From positions 1-64,000 of the IMG/VR virus record IMGVR_UViG_3300013426_000014: a DNA stretch of 64,000 nt, one strand, 5' to 3'. Within the stretch, counting starts at the first letter, position 1. The number at the start of each line of letters is the position of its first letter. Shown here in pieces: positions 32,982 to 50,534 of the stretch. The notes below the pieces were generated by a model, which saw nothing but the letters and a program-made list of their open reading frames with translations, did not search any database and had not been told where the DNA came from. Source of the stretch: a virus. Taxonomy: Duplodnaviria > Caudoviricetes. The position numbers were made by a program, and so were the translations under genes.

Positions 32982-35900
32982 TGAATAGGACGGCCGGGCC
33001 GGGCGCGCGCCTGGTGGAAAAGATAAAGGAGACGAAATCCGGATATATCGTAAACCTCACGCCGGGCGGATCAAAAACGGAGGATTCAAAAGAGAAAAAA
33101 GGCGGCGATCTCGTCAAGGCAATGAAAGACAAGAAGAAATGCCTGGCGGATAACTGGCTTTCCGATTTCTGTGTGACACAATGGACGAGTATCAGGACAC
33201 GGCTTATCGACTCGATCAACAAGATCACTGTCAAGGCGAAGGAGGTGATCGACGATCTCATGTTCACGTTCACCGGTGACAATTTCATCAACCTTGTTGT
33301 CATAAGCCTGCTGACGACATGCGAGCAGCTTGTCAACGGGATAATCGTCCCGTTCGACCCAGTGTTCGTCGAGATATCATACAAATACAATGAGGTGCTC
33401 CGGAAATGAAGGGAATACAAGAACCTCAGAACAAACCCGGAGGATCCGGACGAGGATGAAAGGAAGACAAGGCTGGCCGAGATGACGGAGTATCTCGTCA
33501 GGCAGGGTGAAGGCGTGTGCTCCGCTATACTGGTGTATATGCTGATCGAACCTGTGTCGGAACTGCTCGACGTCATAAAAGAGATATTTAAGGCGGGACA
33601 GCATGAGTGGGAAAATGTCATCGGCAAGTTCCGCGACCTGTACGCGCTTATCAAAACAGTGTGCGACAGCATGCCCGGCAACAAATTCGCGAAATCACTG
33701 CTGGGAATACTGGCGATAATCATACCAGCGGCGGCGGCGCTGGCGTGCGGGATAGCGTGTGCGCGGGAATCGGACGACAAATTCAGAGCAAAGGCGAGGG
33801 AGTCACTGTCAGAGAACATGAAGGCGAACGGTCTGAAGGAAGACGCGGCTGTATCAGACCAGGCGGCAGACGCGGCAGAACGGTATAACCGCCTGTCGAT
33901 ACTGATAGAGGCGGCGCTGAAGAATCTTGACGGCGTGTCACTGTCATACAAGAAAGACGGTTCCGAATCAAAATCCGCGGATGACACGGTGTCGACAGAG
34001 ACGATATCGGTCTGCTACACGCCGAATGAAAGAATCGATTATGACACATCGGACAAGAAACGTTACGTGCTCGAGATCGGAAAAGACATCATCGCGAAAG
34101 GAGGAAGGCTGACGCCGCAACGGGGAGCGAAGATAAAACAGAACCAGAAAATCGGCGAATGCGAAGGAATCCCTATATTGTCGACCATATCCGGCCGCGT
34201 GACAAAACGGTATTATAACTACATCGTTATCGAGGACGACGCGGATGAAAACGAAATAATGAGCGAGATAAATTCGGCGCGGAACACCGCCGATATGACG
34301 GACAAGTTCTCGCCACTGATCGACCGGTTCAAAAAAATCGCGTACGCGGAGTCATATATCAAGGACCTCGCGGTATACTGCAGATTTCCGTCAATCGCCC
34401 TGCACAGCAAGAAAAAAGGAACATACCGTCTGACGCTGCTCGAGATATTGCTCGGCAAAAAACTCGACTCAAAAGACAGGTTCAAGAAAGATTACAACAA
34501 GGCGCTCGACAAGAAGATGACGTCACATCAGAAAAGCGTCAAACGGAAATGCGGTAAGTCGAAGATAAAGACGGCGGCGAACAACCAGAATATGGACGGC
34601 GTAACGAAGGACATAATGTCAGAGAAGGATGCCGGATACAGAATGGTTGTTGACATGTACAGGAACTGGATCCGGAGATCATCGAAATGATGCGCGGACA
34701 ACGCCGACACATACATGCTGCTGTCCGACTATATCGAGTTCGCCGCTGACAAATCGGTCATGTATGAGGAAGACAACCCGTTCGCGAAACGGCTGTTCGA
34801 CGCGCTCACGTCATTCGTCGACAAGCGGTCGCGCATAGAAAAGGTCGACAAGCAAAATTTGATCAAAAACTTTAACAAAAAATGCTCCGCCCTGCTGGGA
34901 AACAGGATGGGCAAAGGCATGAACTACTGGAACTATTTCTCGTCCAGGTTTCGGGCAAACTATTACGTGCAAGGAAGTTCCGGCGTTATCGGCGTATCGG
35001 ATGCGGCCGCGGCGGGAAACGAATCCGATTTCGATACACTGTACAGAAAGATGTACGACCACATAATGAACCTGCTGCAGTGCGGGACCGTCAAACGCGG
35101 GACGGAGGAGGTCAGCACGGAAGTAGACAGTATCGACGCATTCGTCAATCAGACTGATCAGAATGAGGAGATGTCAGACGCGGACAAAAAAATCATAGAG
35201 AAGCAGAACGACGCGAAGGCGATCGTCCGGTATTACATGCTCGCCCGGGGGGTCAAGGCGAGTAACAAGAAATCATCGTCGAAACAAACGCTGGCGGCGC
35301 AGACGCGGTCAGAGGAGCGGATATTAGACAAGATATTCAACGACGCGGTAAAATGGAGAGAGAAAGACGCCGGCCTGCTCGACATCGACAAGCTGAAGAA
35401 CGAGTTCAAGAAATTCATGTCGGTCGACTGCCCGTACAGGGGGACAATATACCTGAACAACATACCACACACGCATTACGTGTTTTCGACATCGATCGAG
35501 ACCGCCGGCGGCAGCAGTTTCATGACGGATCTTGAGGCGAACGGGCAATGCTCCGCGAAAACCGGGACAGACAACAGATCGATGCATTACTGGCTGCTGT
35601 ACTGCTCGATGGCGACGCTTGTCAACTGCATGATCCCGATCTATTGGGGAACCGGACTAAACATAATGGGCGTGCCGATACCGCTGCCGGTGATATACCT
35701 GCCAATATACTACCTGTCTGGATCATGCGGCGTGCTGTTCGGTCTCGGCATATGCGGCATCGCGGTATGGCCGATGATTGTGCTCATCAACAATACCGCA
35801 TATGACGCGACGATGCTGATACCGATAAACCTTGTCATCGATCTCGTCAGAAAGAAGCTCAACGATCTCGCAGACAAGTCGGTCGGCTCGCTGAAGTCAT

Positions 35901-37093
35901 TCGCGATGCCGTTCATAAAGGAATGCGATGATGAGATCGAGGAAATCGAGAAGCAGATCAAGGTCGTCGACACGGCGATAACAAAATATAAGCTGAACGC
36001 CGCCGGCGTCGACAACATGGCGGTCAGCGGCGCTGCAGTCGACCCAGCAGAAGGGTACGACACCGGTGGCAGTAGACGGAGCCGATACGGCGGGGCGGCG
36101 TCGACAGCCGGACTCGAGACCGGAACAGTCGACATGACGTATGACGAGGCGTATATAGAAGAAATCAGGAAAAAGGGTCAGATGACTGCGGAAGAGTGGA
36201 AGAAAGCAGAGGAAGAAACGAGAAAGGCATACAGGCAGATGACGGAACGCCAGAAAAAAACAGAACAATACGCGAAAGACACGGCCGGATCAGACAGTAA
36301 TGGATCATCGTCCACCGGATCAGACAAATCATATTCATCATCAATTGAATACAACCCGACTGGAACTGGATTTAACAATGTGATTGTCTGTCTCGACGCC
36401 GCGCACAACAAATACAGGTCAGGCAAGCGCACGCCGTGACTATGCACAAAAACACTGCCGACCGGTTACAAGACGAACGAGAGCTGGATGGACCTGTATG
36501 AATATAAGTGATCAAGGGAGGTCATACCTTACATAAAATCCGGGCTCGAACGTTACGGGGTAGAGGTGTACGAGGTGACGCCACAGGATACGGAAGGCGA
36601 CGCTTCACAGGACAATCTGACAAGAAGGAAGAATCGGATCGCGGCGAAAGTCACGCAATCGGGGAAACACGCGGTATACCTGTCGATACACGGAAACGCC
36701 GCCGGGTCGGGGACGAAATGGTACGGCGCGAACGGCTGGGCGATATACACGACAAAGGACCGGTCGAAAGACGCGAAAGGACAGGCAGAAGGGTCGAATA
36801 AACAGAATTCAGTGACGCTCGCGCAGACCCTGTTTGACGAGGCGGCGGAAATCCTGCCGCAATACGGGAAGACGATAAACCGGATAGGGGAACTCCGGAC
36901 AGCAAAGCACTGAGAGACAAACGACTTCGGCGCGGTGAACAACACATTCATACCGACAGTACTGACAGAAAACCTGTTTTACACCAATCCGGACGACTGC
37001 AAGTTCATGTCATCGGACACCGGCAAACGGGTCATCGCACAGATACATGTCAACGGTGTGCTGAAATTCATAAAGAAGATGAAATGGGTATAA
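32981..37093 (+). CDS. 1370-aa multi-domain protein with hydrophobic segments and C-terminal N-acetylmuramoyl-L-alanine amidase (Amidase_3) domain (5 TGA=Trp)
   Basis: One frame joined at TGA 33407, 34688, 36437, 36509 and 36911. VCLDAAH...GKRTP*...YEYK*SRE...LSIHGNA...VLTENLFYTN. Confidence 0.85.
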
Positions 37094-37095
37094 CG

Positions 37096-37125
37096 AAAAA
37101 GTCCGGATTACTCCGGACTTTCTTT
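37096..37125. terminator. Bidirectional intrinsic terminator
   Basis: AAAGTCCGGA-ttac-TCCGGACTTT immediately after TAA 37093. Confidence 0.85.
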
Positions 37126-37144
37126 ATACGACCGACTCGTAACA

Positions 37145-38308
37145 TTACATATTCGCGAGCACGCTCGACAAATCGCCGAATATCGGAGCATTTGCTCCAT
37201 TAATCGGCTCGACATGCGGAAGGGCGGACGCGACATCCGGCAGTTCGATACCGGTGACAGTCGGAGCGGCAGGATTAACCCCACCCTGTGCGGGAGCGCC
37301 AAACTGAGGAGCAGATATACCCGAATTTACTTGTGGCTGAACAGGTTGAGCAGACTGTGCCGGCTGTTGAGACTGCGACCCGCCGAACTGTATTCCTGGA
37401 GTGGGTTGTTGCTGTCCGAATCCTCCAAACTGAATTCCCTGTGGAGCGGAGGACGACGCGGCGGAGATGGCCTGACCAAACGCCGGTCCAGATGGAAGCG
37501 TGCCAGTCTGGACGCAATTTCCGATAATACGCAATGTCTCGTCGACATGCTGCTGAACGGCGGCGCTCCATGGCTGGAAGTCATATGGAGCGAGATCCGG
37601 GGATGTCTTCGCGAGCCACTCCGCGAAGTACTGCTTGTCACTGCTGTCGGTCAGCACCTCCCACTGACCCGCCGCGTTCTGATAACGGATTCCGGACGTG
37701 TCACCAGCCTGACCGGTATAATCGAAGAATGAACTCTGATCATAGTTGTTGAAGTTCGACTGATAGACGACCTTCAATGCGAAGAAACGGCCATGAATTG
37801 GATCAAACGGATTCCTCGCGACCATACCGGCGATAGGTGGGGTCTGCTCCGCCATGAGCTTCTCGTAGATTTTCTTGCCGAACTTAAACACAAGAATCTT
37901 GTTGTTCAGCTCAGGATGCTGCGCGTCATTGATAATCTGGACAAGCGACGCATACACATTCCTTGTGGAAAGGCACTCCTTCGCAAGCTCCTCGAATTTG
38001 GCGTTGTTTGTGTTGATGAGCGACCAGTACATCTGGTTGACCGGCGACTCAGACTGACCGCCACTGCGCGGATCGTCAACATACATGCCGTTTTTCGTCA
38101 CCGGATTCTTCACCCACGCCTGAAGCTTCTGCATGATCGACTTTGACGGATTGCCGATCCACGGGACAAATCTGATAATCGCGTCATACACGCCATTCTT
38201 GCCATCCTTCGGGCTCGGCCTGTATTCATTCGTTGACATCCCGCCCTTCGCGGCCGGCTGATCGAGTTTCGGGTTAAGCAACCCGTTAATGAAATTTGTG
38301 TCGTACAT
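37145..38308 (-). CDS. Single-stranded DNA-binding protein (T4 gp32-like)
   Basis: DAIIRFVP, KILVFKFGKKIYEK, NPFDPIHG..FALKV, NNYDQSSF, low-complexity C-terminal tail. Confidence 0.88.
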   Translation of the reverse strand: MYDTNFINGLLNPKLDQPAAKGGMSTNEYRPSPKDGKNGVYDAIIRFVPWIGNPSKSIMQKLQAWVKNPVTKNGMYVDDPRSGGQSESPVNQMYWSLINTNNAKFEELAKECLSTRNVYASLVQIINDAQHPELNNKILVFKFGKKIYEKLMAEQTPPIAGMVARNPFDPIHGRFFALKVVYQSNFNNYDQSSFFDYTGQAGDTSGIRYQNAAGQWEVLTDSSDKQYFAEWLAKTSPDLAPYDFQPWSAAVQQHVDETLRIIGNCVQTGTLPSGPAFGQAISAASSSAPQGIQFGGFGQQQPTPGIQFGGSQSQQPAQSAQPVQPQVNSGISAPQFGAPAQGGVNPAAPTVTGIELPDVASALPHVEPINGANAPIFGDLSSVLANM

Positions 38309-38434
38309 AAATCTAAAATTATTAAGACTCGTATTGAAGCACAACGCTTCTGTGAATATTATATTGAACGTTTCCGGTTTTTATTACAGAAATGCATAAA
38401 AAATAAATAACCACGAAACATAAAGAAAACAAAT

Positions 38435-39442
38435 ATGTTAAAGAACCTTTCCGACGCGACGGCGGCGGATCTTAAATGCCTGTCGTCAAACGAATGCGTC
38501 ATATATGAGAAACTCGACACATTCTACTTCAACGTCATGATCACAATATCCGGATGCACGGTATTAAAAAGCAATCACCGGATTATAGACGATGTCGACA
38601 TGGCGGTTAATTCGATGTATTCGGATATAACGGAATTTGTAAAGAACCACATCGTCCCGAACAAAGATAGGATAGCAGAAAAATACGGGGATATAATCGC
38701 CGGGATATTCTACTTCCCATGCGGCAAGCCGGGACGCACAGATTACACGGAAACGAGCATGCCGGGATCTTTCGTGATCGGGAACGTCAAAACAATGATG
38801 ACAGAAAAGCATGTTGACGACGTATCTGATCTCGCCACTATGACTGGTATGAGACCGTATCCGGTCATCGCGAGAATGCCGGCCGGCAAGTTCACGCCAG
38901 ATCTCATCAACATGACGCCAGCCGAAATCATTTTGAAAACCGGCGGAAAACCATTCAGCGGGCTGGACATAAACAAAACGGAAGGAATTGTAATCAAGTC
39001 GAAATGCAAGACGTTCCAGGCGTTGAACAACCGTTATGAGAAACCAGACGAATACCAGAAAAAAATCGACACATATGATGATTTCGTCAAACATCTTTGT
39101 GAATGGTATATCCTTTCAGATCACGAGACGCCGTCCGGTGATTACATAGAGAATGTCACGAATCTGTTCATTCAGTTCGCGAATGAAAGTCCATATATGA
39201 AAGAATATGCCGGGAATCCAGACGATCTCACGCCGTCGATCGGCACATATATACCGGATCCGGATTACTCGTTATTTCCGGACGAGACGGTAAAAACTAT
39301 ATGCAAATGTTCCAGGCTCGCCACCAATATATTCAAAATCATGCTACACGGACTACGTTACCGTAAAAACATAAGGAAATCATCATATATGACAACAGAT
39401 GATTTCCTTATATGGAACAAAATAGTCGACGACGTGTCCTAA
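38435..39442 (+). CDS. Divergent nucleotidyltransferase / RNA-ligase-like protein
   Basis: IYEKLD (motif I-like) and TEGIVIK (motif IV-like). ATAAATA at 38403-38409. Confidence 0.45.
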   Translation: MLKNLSDATAADLKCLSSNECVIYEKLDTFYFNVMITISGCTVLKSNHRIIDDVDMAVNSMYSDITEFVKNHIVPNKDRIAEKYGDIIAGIFYFPCGKPGRTDYTETSMPGSFVIGNVKTMMTEKHVDDVSDLATMTGMRPYPVIARMPAGKFTPDLINMTPAEIILKTGGKPFSGLDINKTEGIVIKSKCKTFQALNNRYEKPDEYQKKIDTYDDFVKHLCEWYILSDHETPSGDYIENVTNLFIQFANESPYMKEYAGNPDDLTPSIGTYIPDPDYSLFPDETVKTICKCSRLATNIFKIMLHGLRYRKNIRKSSYMTTDDFLIWNKIVDDVS

Positions 39443-40131
39443 CAATTCTTCTGCTTTGTCGGAGGAATCCAATCGATCGACGGATACCCGTGATATCCCT
39501 TCTGCCAGACGTACCACGCGTAGCACACGGCGCCGCCGTACTGGTTTTCCTTCTCAAAGTCGCCGTTCATCGCGCACTGCATCCGTTCTGAACAGACGAA
39601 CACCCACAATGGCGGATTCTTCATGAACAGCTTGTACCTGTCAATCGTCTCAAGGAACTGTATCTTCAGGAACATCATGACATATGCTCCGTCGTCGACG
39701 ATGTCGAGTGCGTGACGGACGCAATCGTTCGACATGCCGTATGGAGGATTCGTAACAATCGACGCGTGAGGCGGAATCACATAATCAGGCGGGACGAGAC
39801 CGTCACTGACCCTGCCGACTTTGAAAAAGTCGACCGACCTGTCAATACGGATAATACCCGGCGCCAAGGTCCATTCACGAGGAACAAGATCTGATGCGAT
39901 GACTTCAAAATTCTTTTCCGCGAGAATATTCGCGATATGTCCTTTACCACAGCACGGCTCATATACAGGATAATTTCGAAGATTATTATATATACCATGT
40001 TTAGACAGCATATTCAGAAGACCGTTTACAGCGACAGGCGGCGTCGCATAAAAATCGTTTTTCTCCCTTTCCAGTTCCGGACTGTGATTAGACGCGCCCA
40101 GCGCGCCATATACTGATCTCTTATTTCCCAT
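39439..40131 (-). CDS. DNA amino-methyltransferase (NPPY type)
   Basis: DFYATPP, YEPCCGKGHI, IVTNPPY, YAWYVW. Confidence 0.85.
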   Translation of the reverse strand: MGNKRSVYGALGASNHSPELEREKNDFYATPPVAVNGLLNMLSKHGIYNNLRNYPVYEPCCGKGHIANILAEKNFEVIASDLVPREWTLAPGIIRIDRSVDFFKVGRVSDGLVPPDYVIPPHASIVTNPPYGMSNDCVRHALDIVDDGAYVMMFLKIQFLETIDRYKLFMKNPPLWVFVCSERMQCAMNGDFEKENQYGGAVCYAWYVWQKGYHGYPSIDWIPPTKQKNC

Positions 40132-40222
40132 ATAAAATAATATATGGCATTATATTACATTTTTATAAAATAAAAGGCAGTTCAAAAAATGAACTACCTT
40201 TTTATATCAGATATTATATCTG

Positions 40223-40882
40223 TTATTCAGTCTTGTCTGCGGAAATGACAGTGCCTTCCAACTGAGAATCATCCGCAAGAACAGTAGTCTGCTCCCATTT
40301 CTCGCGTTCCTCTTCCGTCAGATATCGAAGTTTGAATCCGGCGCACGCCGCGGCCCAAACCTCCTGTTTCTTCTTGATCTCGAGCTGTTGCTTGTCTGTG
40401 TCCTTCTTCAAATCATCAATCGTCTCGAGAATCTTATTATACTCCTCGTCAATCGACTGCATTTTCTTCGCCGAGGCAAGACCGACGCCGCACGGCTTCA
40501 TCATCAACGTATACAAGAAACCGAGGCATCCGTAATCGATGACGAGATCCTGTTCCTTCTTCTCGAACTCCTTCAAAAAGTCGTTGACAAATTTGTCAAA
40601 CTTCACGACGCCGATCCACTGGTCCTTCTCCCATGCGGCGAACTTTTCATTCCATGTCTTAAGAAATTTGGCGACACGAACCGCGTTACGGGAATCAGCG
40701 ATAGTGAATGTGCGGGTCTGGAACGTCTTTACCGCGTTTTCCCAATCCTCTTTGGTGTTCTTGACAAACTCATCGTCAACCGTCTCGTCTATGAGCTCGC
40801 TGACACCGACATTTTCTTTGTTGTATTGAGAAATGAGTTCTTTCCTCTGCTCCTCGACCGATTTGACATTATTCTCTGCCAT
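40223..40882 (-). CDS. Hypothetical protein
   Basis: 219 aa ORF flanked by terminator hairpins. Confidence 0.7.
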   Translation of the reverse strand: MAENNVKSVEEQRKELISQYNKENVGVSELIDETVDDEFVKNTKEDWENAVKTFQTRTFTIADSRNAVRVAKFLKTWNEKFAAWEKDQWIGVVKFDKFVNDFLKEFEKKEQDLVIDYGCLGFLYTLMMKPCGVGLASAKKMQSIDEEYNKILETIDDLKKDTDKQQLEIKKKQEVWAAACAGFKLRYLTEEEREKWEQTTVLADDSQLEGTVISADKTE

Positions 40883-40939
40883 TGAATATCAATTTAATTT
40901 ATACATAAATTATATGTGTACCGGAACATTTTTTTTAAT

Positions 40940-40966
40940 AAAAAAGACAGGCAAAACCTGTCTTTT
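40940..40966 (-). terminator. Intrinsic terminator
   Basis: AAAAGACAGG-caaaa-CCTGTCTTTT. Confidence 0.7.
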
Positions 40967-40990
40967 CATGATAAATCATTGTACGAAACT

Positions 40991-41254
40991 TTATTCTGTC
41001 TCCGGTGTATCATCTTTCCGAACTAGCTTGAAACCGGCAAGCGGTTCAAGATCACAACCGCAAATAATATTAAGATCCTGTTCAGGGTCAAACGATTCCG
41101 GAAGTCTTCCGCCCTCGGCCTGTGGCGGGCACTCGTCCCTTCACACAATCCTGCCGTTATATGAGATCCAGATGTCGCCTTTCATAAAACCCGGAAGCTC
41201 ATTCCAATTCCGCATGAATATATTGCGTCAAACCTTCTTAGTCTGCTTTATCAT
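40991..41254 (-). CDS. Hypothetical 87-aa protein visible only with TGA=Trp (2 TGA)
   Basis: MIKQTKKV*RNIFMRNWNELPGFMKGDIWISYNGRIV*RDECPP...TPETE. Starts 16 nt after the upstream stop and ends before a terminator. Confidence 0.6.
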
Positions 41255-41270
41255 GACAAACCCTTTGTTT

Positions 41271-41744
41271 TTACATAATATTTAACCGCGCGCAAATCTC
41301 TGGAACAAATCTAATACCCAATGTAACAGCTGCCGTGATTACAGCAATCCATAACGCCGTACGGCGGATCCATCTGCTGCCGAAACGGACGGGTGTGAAC
41401 ACAAGCAGCACACCATATGACAACGTCATCTTACCGTCCTCGTCCGTGAAGTTGTTAAACTCCGGCACGAGATACTCGCTCCATCCGAGATCCGTCATAT
41501 AGTCACATATCGGCTTTATCTTGAAATACACCATCCGCTCCTGGTTATAATCATACTTCTGTAGATCCTCCTCTTTGCAGTTGAACTGGACATACACGAT
41601 ATTCCGAAGCCAGTTCAACTTCAATCCGTAACGATTGAACATCGACGCCGGATCATCCATCTCCCGTTTCATCTCCCGACGGAACCTGAAAAAATTGACG
41701 ACGTCCTTGACGCCCTGTACGAAACCCCAATCAGTTAACGACAT
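41271..41744 (-). CDS. Hypothetical protein with C-terminal transmembrane helix
   Basis: TALWIAVITAAVTLGIRFV hydrophobic stretch. Start overlaps the end of the sigma gene. Confidence 0.65.
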   Translation of the reverse strand: MSLTDWGFVQGVKDVVNFFRFRREMKREMDDPASMFNRYGLKLNWLRNIVYVQFNCKEEDLQKYDYNQERMVYFKIKPICDYMTDLGWSEYLVPEFNNFTDEDGKMTLSYGVLLVFTPVRFGSRWIRRTALWIAVITAAVTLGIRFVPEICARLNIM

Positions 41745-42493
41745 ACCGATTCCTTTTTCTTTTTGCCGCATTCCGGATAATACAAGCGGTATGACTCATA
41801 TAATGTGGAGTACTTGTCTTTTATCACGTCCTGCAGTTTGATTTTACCCTTGTACAGCCAATTGACGACAGTCGTCATCGGAATCTTATTCTCCGCCGCG
41901 ATCTGGTCGATTTTCTTCTTCCGCACAAGCTGCTCCTTCAGCACGAGCCTGTAATTGTCAGGCAAGTAGTCGATGCACTTAATCGACGCGTCCGCCATAT
42001 CATCAATAAGCGTATCTTTATTGATATCGACGAACTTGCCGCCGTCATACAGGCTGTCATATTCCTCTGTATATGATACAGATTCCGAAGACGAATCATT
42101 TCTCGACAGCGTGTCATGCGACGTCTCGATATTGCCATACGAGCTGTCGAACATATCAGAAAGATCGACACTTACCTGCCGTCTCCTTTTCGACGCGAGC
42201 TCCTGCATGTAAAGCAGTGAGTTATTCCTGGCGATACCATACGCCCACGAGCTGAACTGACCACGCTCGCCGTCAAACTGCGAATGTTTTGTCCAGATAT
42301 CCTCAAACGTACGCAGTAGCACCTCATCTGTTGCGTCGTTATCCTGTGTAATCTTGTATATATGTTTTCTGAGTCCCCATGTCATCCTTTCGATAAGGGG
42401 ACGGAACGTGTCGCCGGTCGGATTATCGATAAACGATCTGGAAAGTGCAGTAATATTGCGTTCTTTCCTCTTCATTGTCTTTCCCTGTATCAT
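41735..42493 (-). CDS. ECF-type sigma-70 family sigma factor
   Basis: Region 2 DEVLLRTFEDIW...FDGERGQFSSWAYGIARN and region 4 IDYLPDNYRLVL...IDQIA...TVVNWLYKGK. Confidence 0.88.
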   Translation of the reverse strand: MIQGKTMKRKERNITALSRSFIDNPTGDTFRPLIERMTWGLRKHIYKITQDNDATDEVLLRTFEDIWTKHSQFDGERGQFSSWAYGIARNNSLLYMQELASKRRRQVSVDLSDMFDSSYGNIETSHDTLSRNDSSSESVSYTEEYDSLYDGGKFVDINKDTLIDDMADASIKCIDYLPDNYRLVLKEQLVRKKKIDQIAAENKIPMTTVVNWLYKGKIKLQDVIKDKYSTLYESYRLYYPECGKKKKESVCR

Positions 42494-42494
42494 A

Positions 42495-42785
42495 TTAGTC
42501 TATTTTTACGAGATAAATGTTCTGACTGTTCTCTATGTTGTGCATAAGATCCTTCACGTTCCTGTACGGCAGACGTGACAGACGCTGTATCAACTCATTC
42601 GCCGCCGCGATATACATCCTGCCGCCGCAATTGTCGACCGAGTCGAGCAGGTTTTTTACATCGGCGTACGGAAGGGCGTCACACACAGTATGAATGTCTT
42701 TCACAAACCTGTCAGTCAGGCGGAACCTAACGTCATAATCGACGGTCGCGGGGATCGGCATCTTATTTTCTTTATCCATATTCAT
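42495..42785 (-). CDS. Hypothetical protein
   Basis: 96 aa, internal duplication LPYADVKNLL / LPYRNVKDLM, stop 1 nt before the sigma start. Confidence 0.65.
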   Translation of the reverse strand: MNMDKENKMPIPATVDYDVRFRLTDRFVKDIHTVCDALPYADVKNLLDSVDNCGGRMYIAAANELIQRLSRLPYRNVKDLMHNIENSQNIYLVKID

Positions 42786-42862
42786 ATATCCTTATTTTGA
42801 TGACACAAATATAAAAGAAAATTTTCAAATATGAAAATATCGGCGAAAAAATTTTGACAGGT

Positions 42863-46826
<3,964 letters not shown>

Positions 46827-47165
46827 TTATCTTCTTACAATAGTATTCGTGCAGATCCATATCAAACCTATTTCTTTTATATGACATAGATACCGGCAAT
46901 GTTCAACTGTACAATCGATGATACAGCCTCCTGCTACCGTTACTTTCCGGTCCGAAGCAATACTTAATGTTATACATTACGATACCGTCTCCATCCTGAT
47001 ATGGCTCAAATGAATTCCTTTCACTTTTGATAAATACGCCGTCAAAATTCACAAATACCTTTATTATTTTTATAACGCGAATATAATAAAAATATTTGAA
47101 ATAAAAAAAGAACGGTGAAAAAATTTTTCACCGTCCGTATTAATTGTAATAAACAAGCGGGACCA

Positions 47166-47978
47166 TTATATTGATCTTCTTAGTTTCTTCGCCTTATCTG
47201 ATATATATTTTTTACGTAATGATTTCGACAGAAACAGTTTACCGTCAATTCCATTCTCAGGACGTTCGGACATGTTCCGACCAAGATCATACTTGTTAAG
47301 CGCCCTGTTGCCGGCGAGGTTGATCCTCTGAGCAGGATATTGCTGTCTACTCACATATCCGTAACTATTTGATGACACGGTGAAATTGTTGACCTTACTG
47401 AAGTCGACCGACGGCATGTACCTTTGCGCGTCTGACATGTAATTGTCAGCATTGTCGGATTTCAGGAATTTTCACGTCATGTCTGTCGCCGCCGTGATTT
47501 TGTCCGGGCCGGAAAAATTATTAAATGAAAGCGATATGGCGGGCCAACCACATACCGGCTTCATCACCGGCATATCGATCACAGGCAGATTATCCAGACT
47601 CGTTATAAGATTGTAATTCGCGTTGAACAACCCACCCCGTATGACCTTCGGAAAATTCTTCATCGATGTCAGTCCATTTCATGACACATCGACATTGACA
47701 TCGACGACATTCAACGGGAACGGGAGCTCTGTCTGACCCGGCCGGAGGATGATCCGAATCGCAGGCCGGGTCAGTACATCATCCACATCATCCGAATATA
47801 GCAATGATATCCCGTCTTTATCGATTGACACCAATTTCTCATCTATTCCCTGCTCTTTGCATCACATGATCATCATCTGCTCTGTCGCGGCATCATCCGC
47901 GTCTGACATGGTGTCGGTCCAATCGACATCGTCCATATCAGACAGATTGAAATCTTCGTATAACAAATTGATCTGCAT
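47166..47978 (-). CDS. Acidic-cassette / LRR-like family protein (270 aa, 3 TGA=Trp)
   Basis: LLYEDFNLSDMDDVDWTDTMSDAD cassette, LTSMKNFP and ITSLDNLP repeats. ATAAATA at 48000-48006. Confidence 0.78.
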
Positions 47979-48074
47979 AAAAATAAATCTAATATATGTT
48001 ATTTATTATAAATCCGAAAATACGTTTTCACACGTATTTCCGGATACATTAACAAATTATTAACAAACTGCAAG

Positions 48075-49646
<1,572 letters not shown>

Positions 49647-49657
49647 ACCGTATTGAT

Positions 49658-50449
49658 TTACTTTAATATGCCTTTCGCCCGCGCCGCCGCTACGGCAGCG
49701 TTCCACGCGTCTTTATACCCGTCAATGAAATCCTGCGATATGTTCGGCGGGAGCTGAGGCGGCTGCGGCGGAGTGACGGGCGGATTCTTCTTCAGTTCTT
49801 CGTATATATCCTCATACGCCATATTCGCGTATTTCTCGTCATATAGGAACTGCATCCCGTCTGGGCCCGGCTCGCTGAACACGCCTTTGAAATCTTTATT
49901 GAGATGCTCTATCGCGTAATTGATCTCGTAATCGCCGGCTATGTTCGACAATTCATGCTCCATACCGTACGACTCGCCGCGCGGTATATGCTGGTATATG
50001 ATATGGAACGCCTCATGCGCGAACACGCCGACGAATTTCGTGTCAGTCAACGAGTTCATGAATGCGGGATTGATAAAAAAGCGCACGCCGTCGACACCTG
50101 CTGTCTCTATGCCGAACGTCGGCACCAACGTGAGCATGTTAAGCACCGCGTATATGCCGGCGGTCGACTGGTTCTTCGACATGATCTGCTTCGTCAGATT
50201 GATCCGGCGGCGGAGATACCTGAAATCATAATCCTTGCCGTCCGGCCCGACAACGATATCGTACTGCATCAGATTACGGGCCGGGACCATTGAGTTCGGA
50301 CCGAGTTTCACCTTTTTCGTGTCAGGATCGCCCAGCGCATCCTGCTCGACGCCATCGAACGCACCTGCGAAATCGATGTCGCCGATCTCGACACCCGTGC
50401 CGAACTGCTGAGCCTCGTTTATCTTTTTTCTTATATGAGCTACCGCCAT
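49658..50449 (-). CDS. Putative metallopeptidase (DUF2201 N-terminal type)
   Basis: ETAGVDG..FFINPAF, HEAFH (HExxH), NIAGDYEIN, EDIYEEL. ATAAATA at 50478-50484. Confidence 0.85.
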   Translation of the reverse strand: MAVAHIRKKINEAQQFGTGVEIGDIDFAGAFDGVEQDALGDPDTKKVKLGPNSMVPARNLMQYDIVVGPDGKDYDFRYLRRRINLTKQIMSKNQSTAGIYAVLNMLTLVPTFGIETAGVDGVRFFINPAFMNSLTDTKFVGVFAHEAFHIIYQHIPRGESYGMEHELSNIAGDYEINYAIEHLNKDFKGVFSEPGPDGMQFLYDEKYANMAYEDIYEELKKNPPVTPPQPPQLPPNISQDFIDGYKDAWNAAVAAARAKGILK

Positions 50450-50534
50450 ATGATTAACAATTATATTATTGACAACTTATTTATTATGTCATACAATTAC
50501 AACGGCACAAATATAATCGTTTTCGTCATAATAT

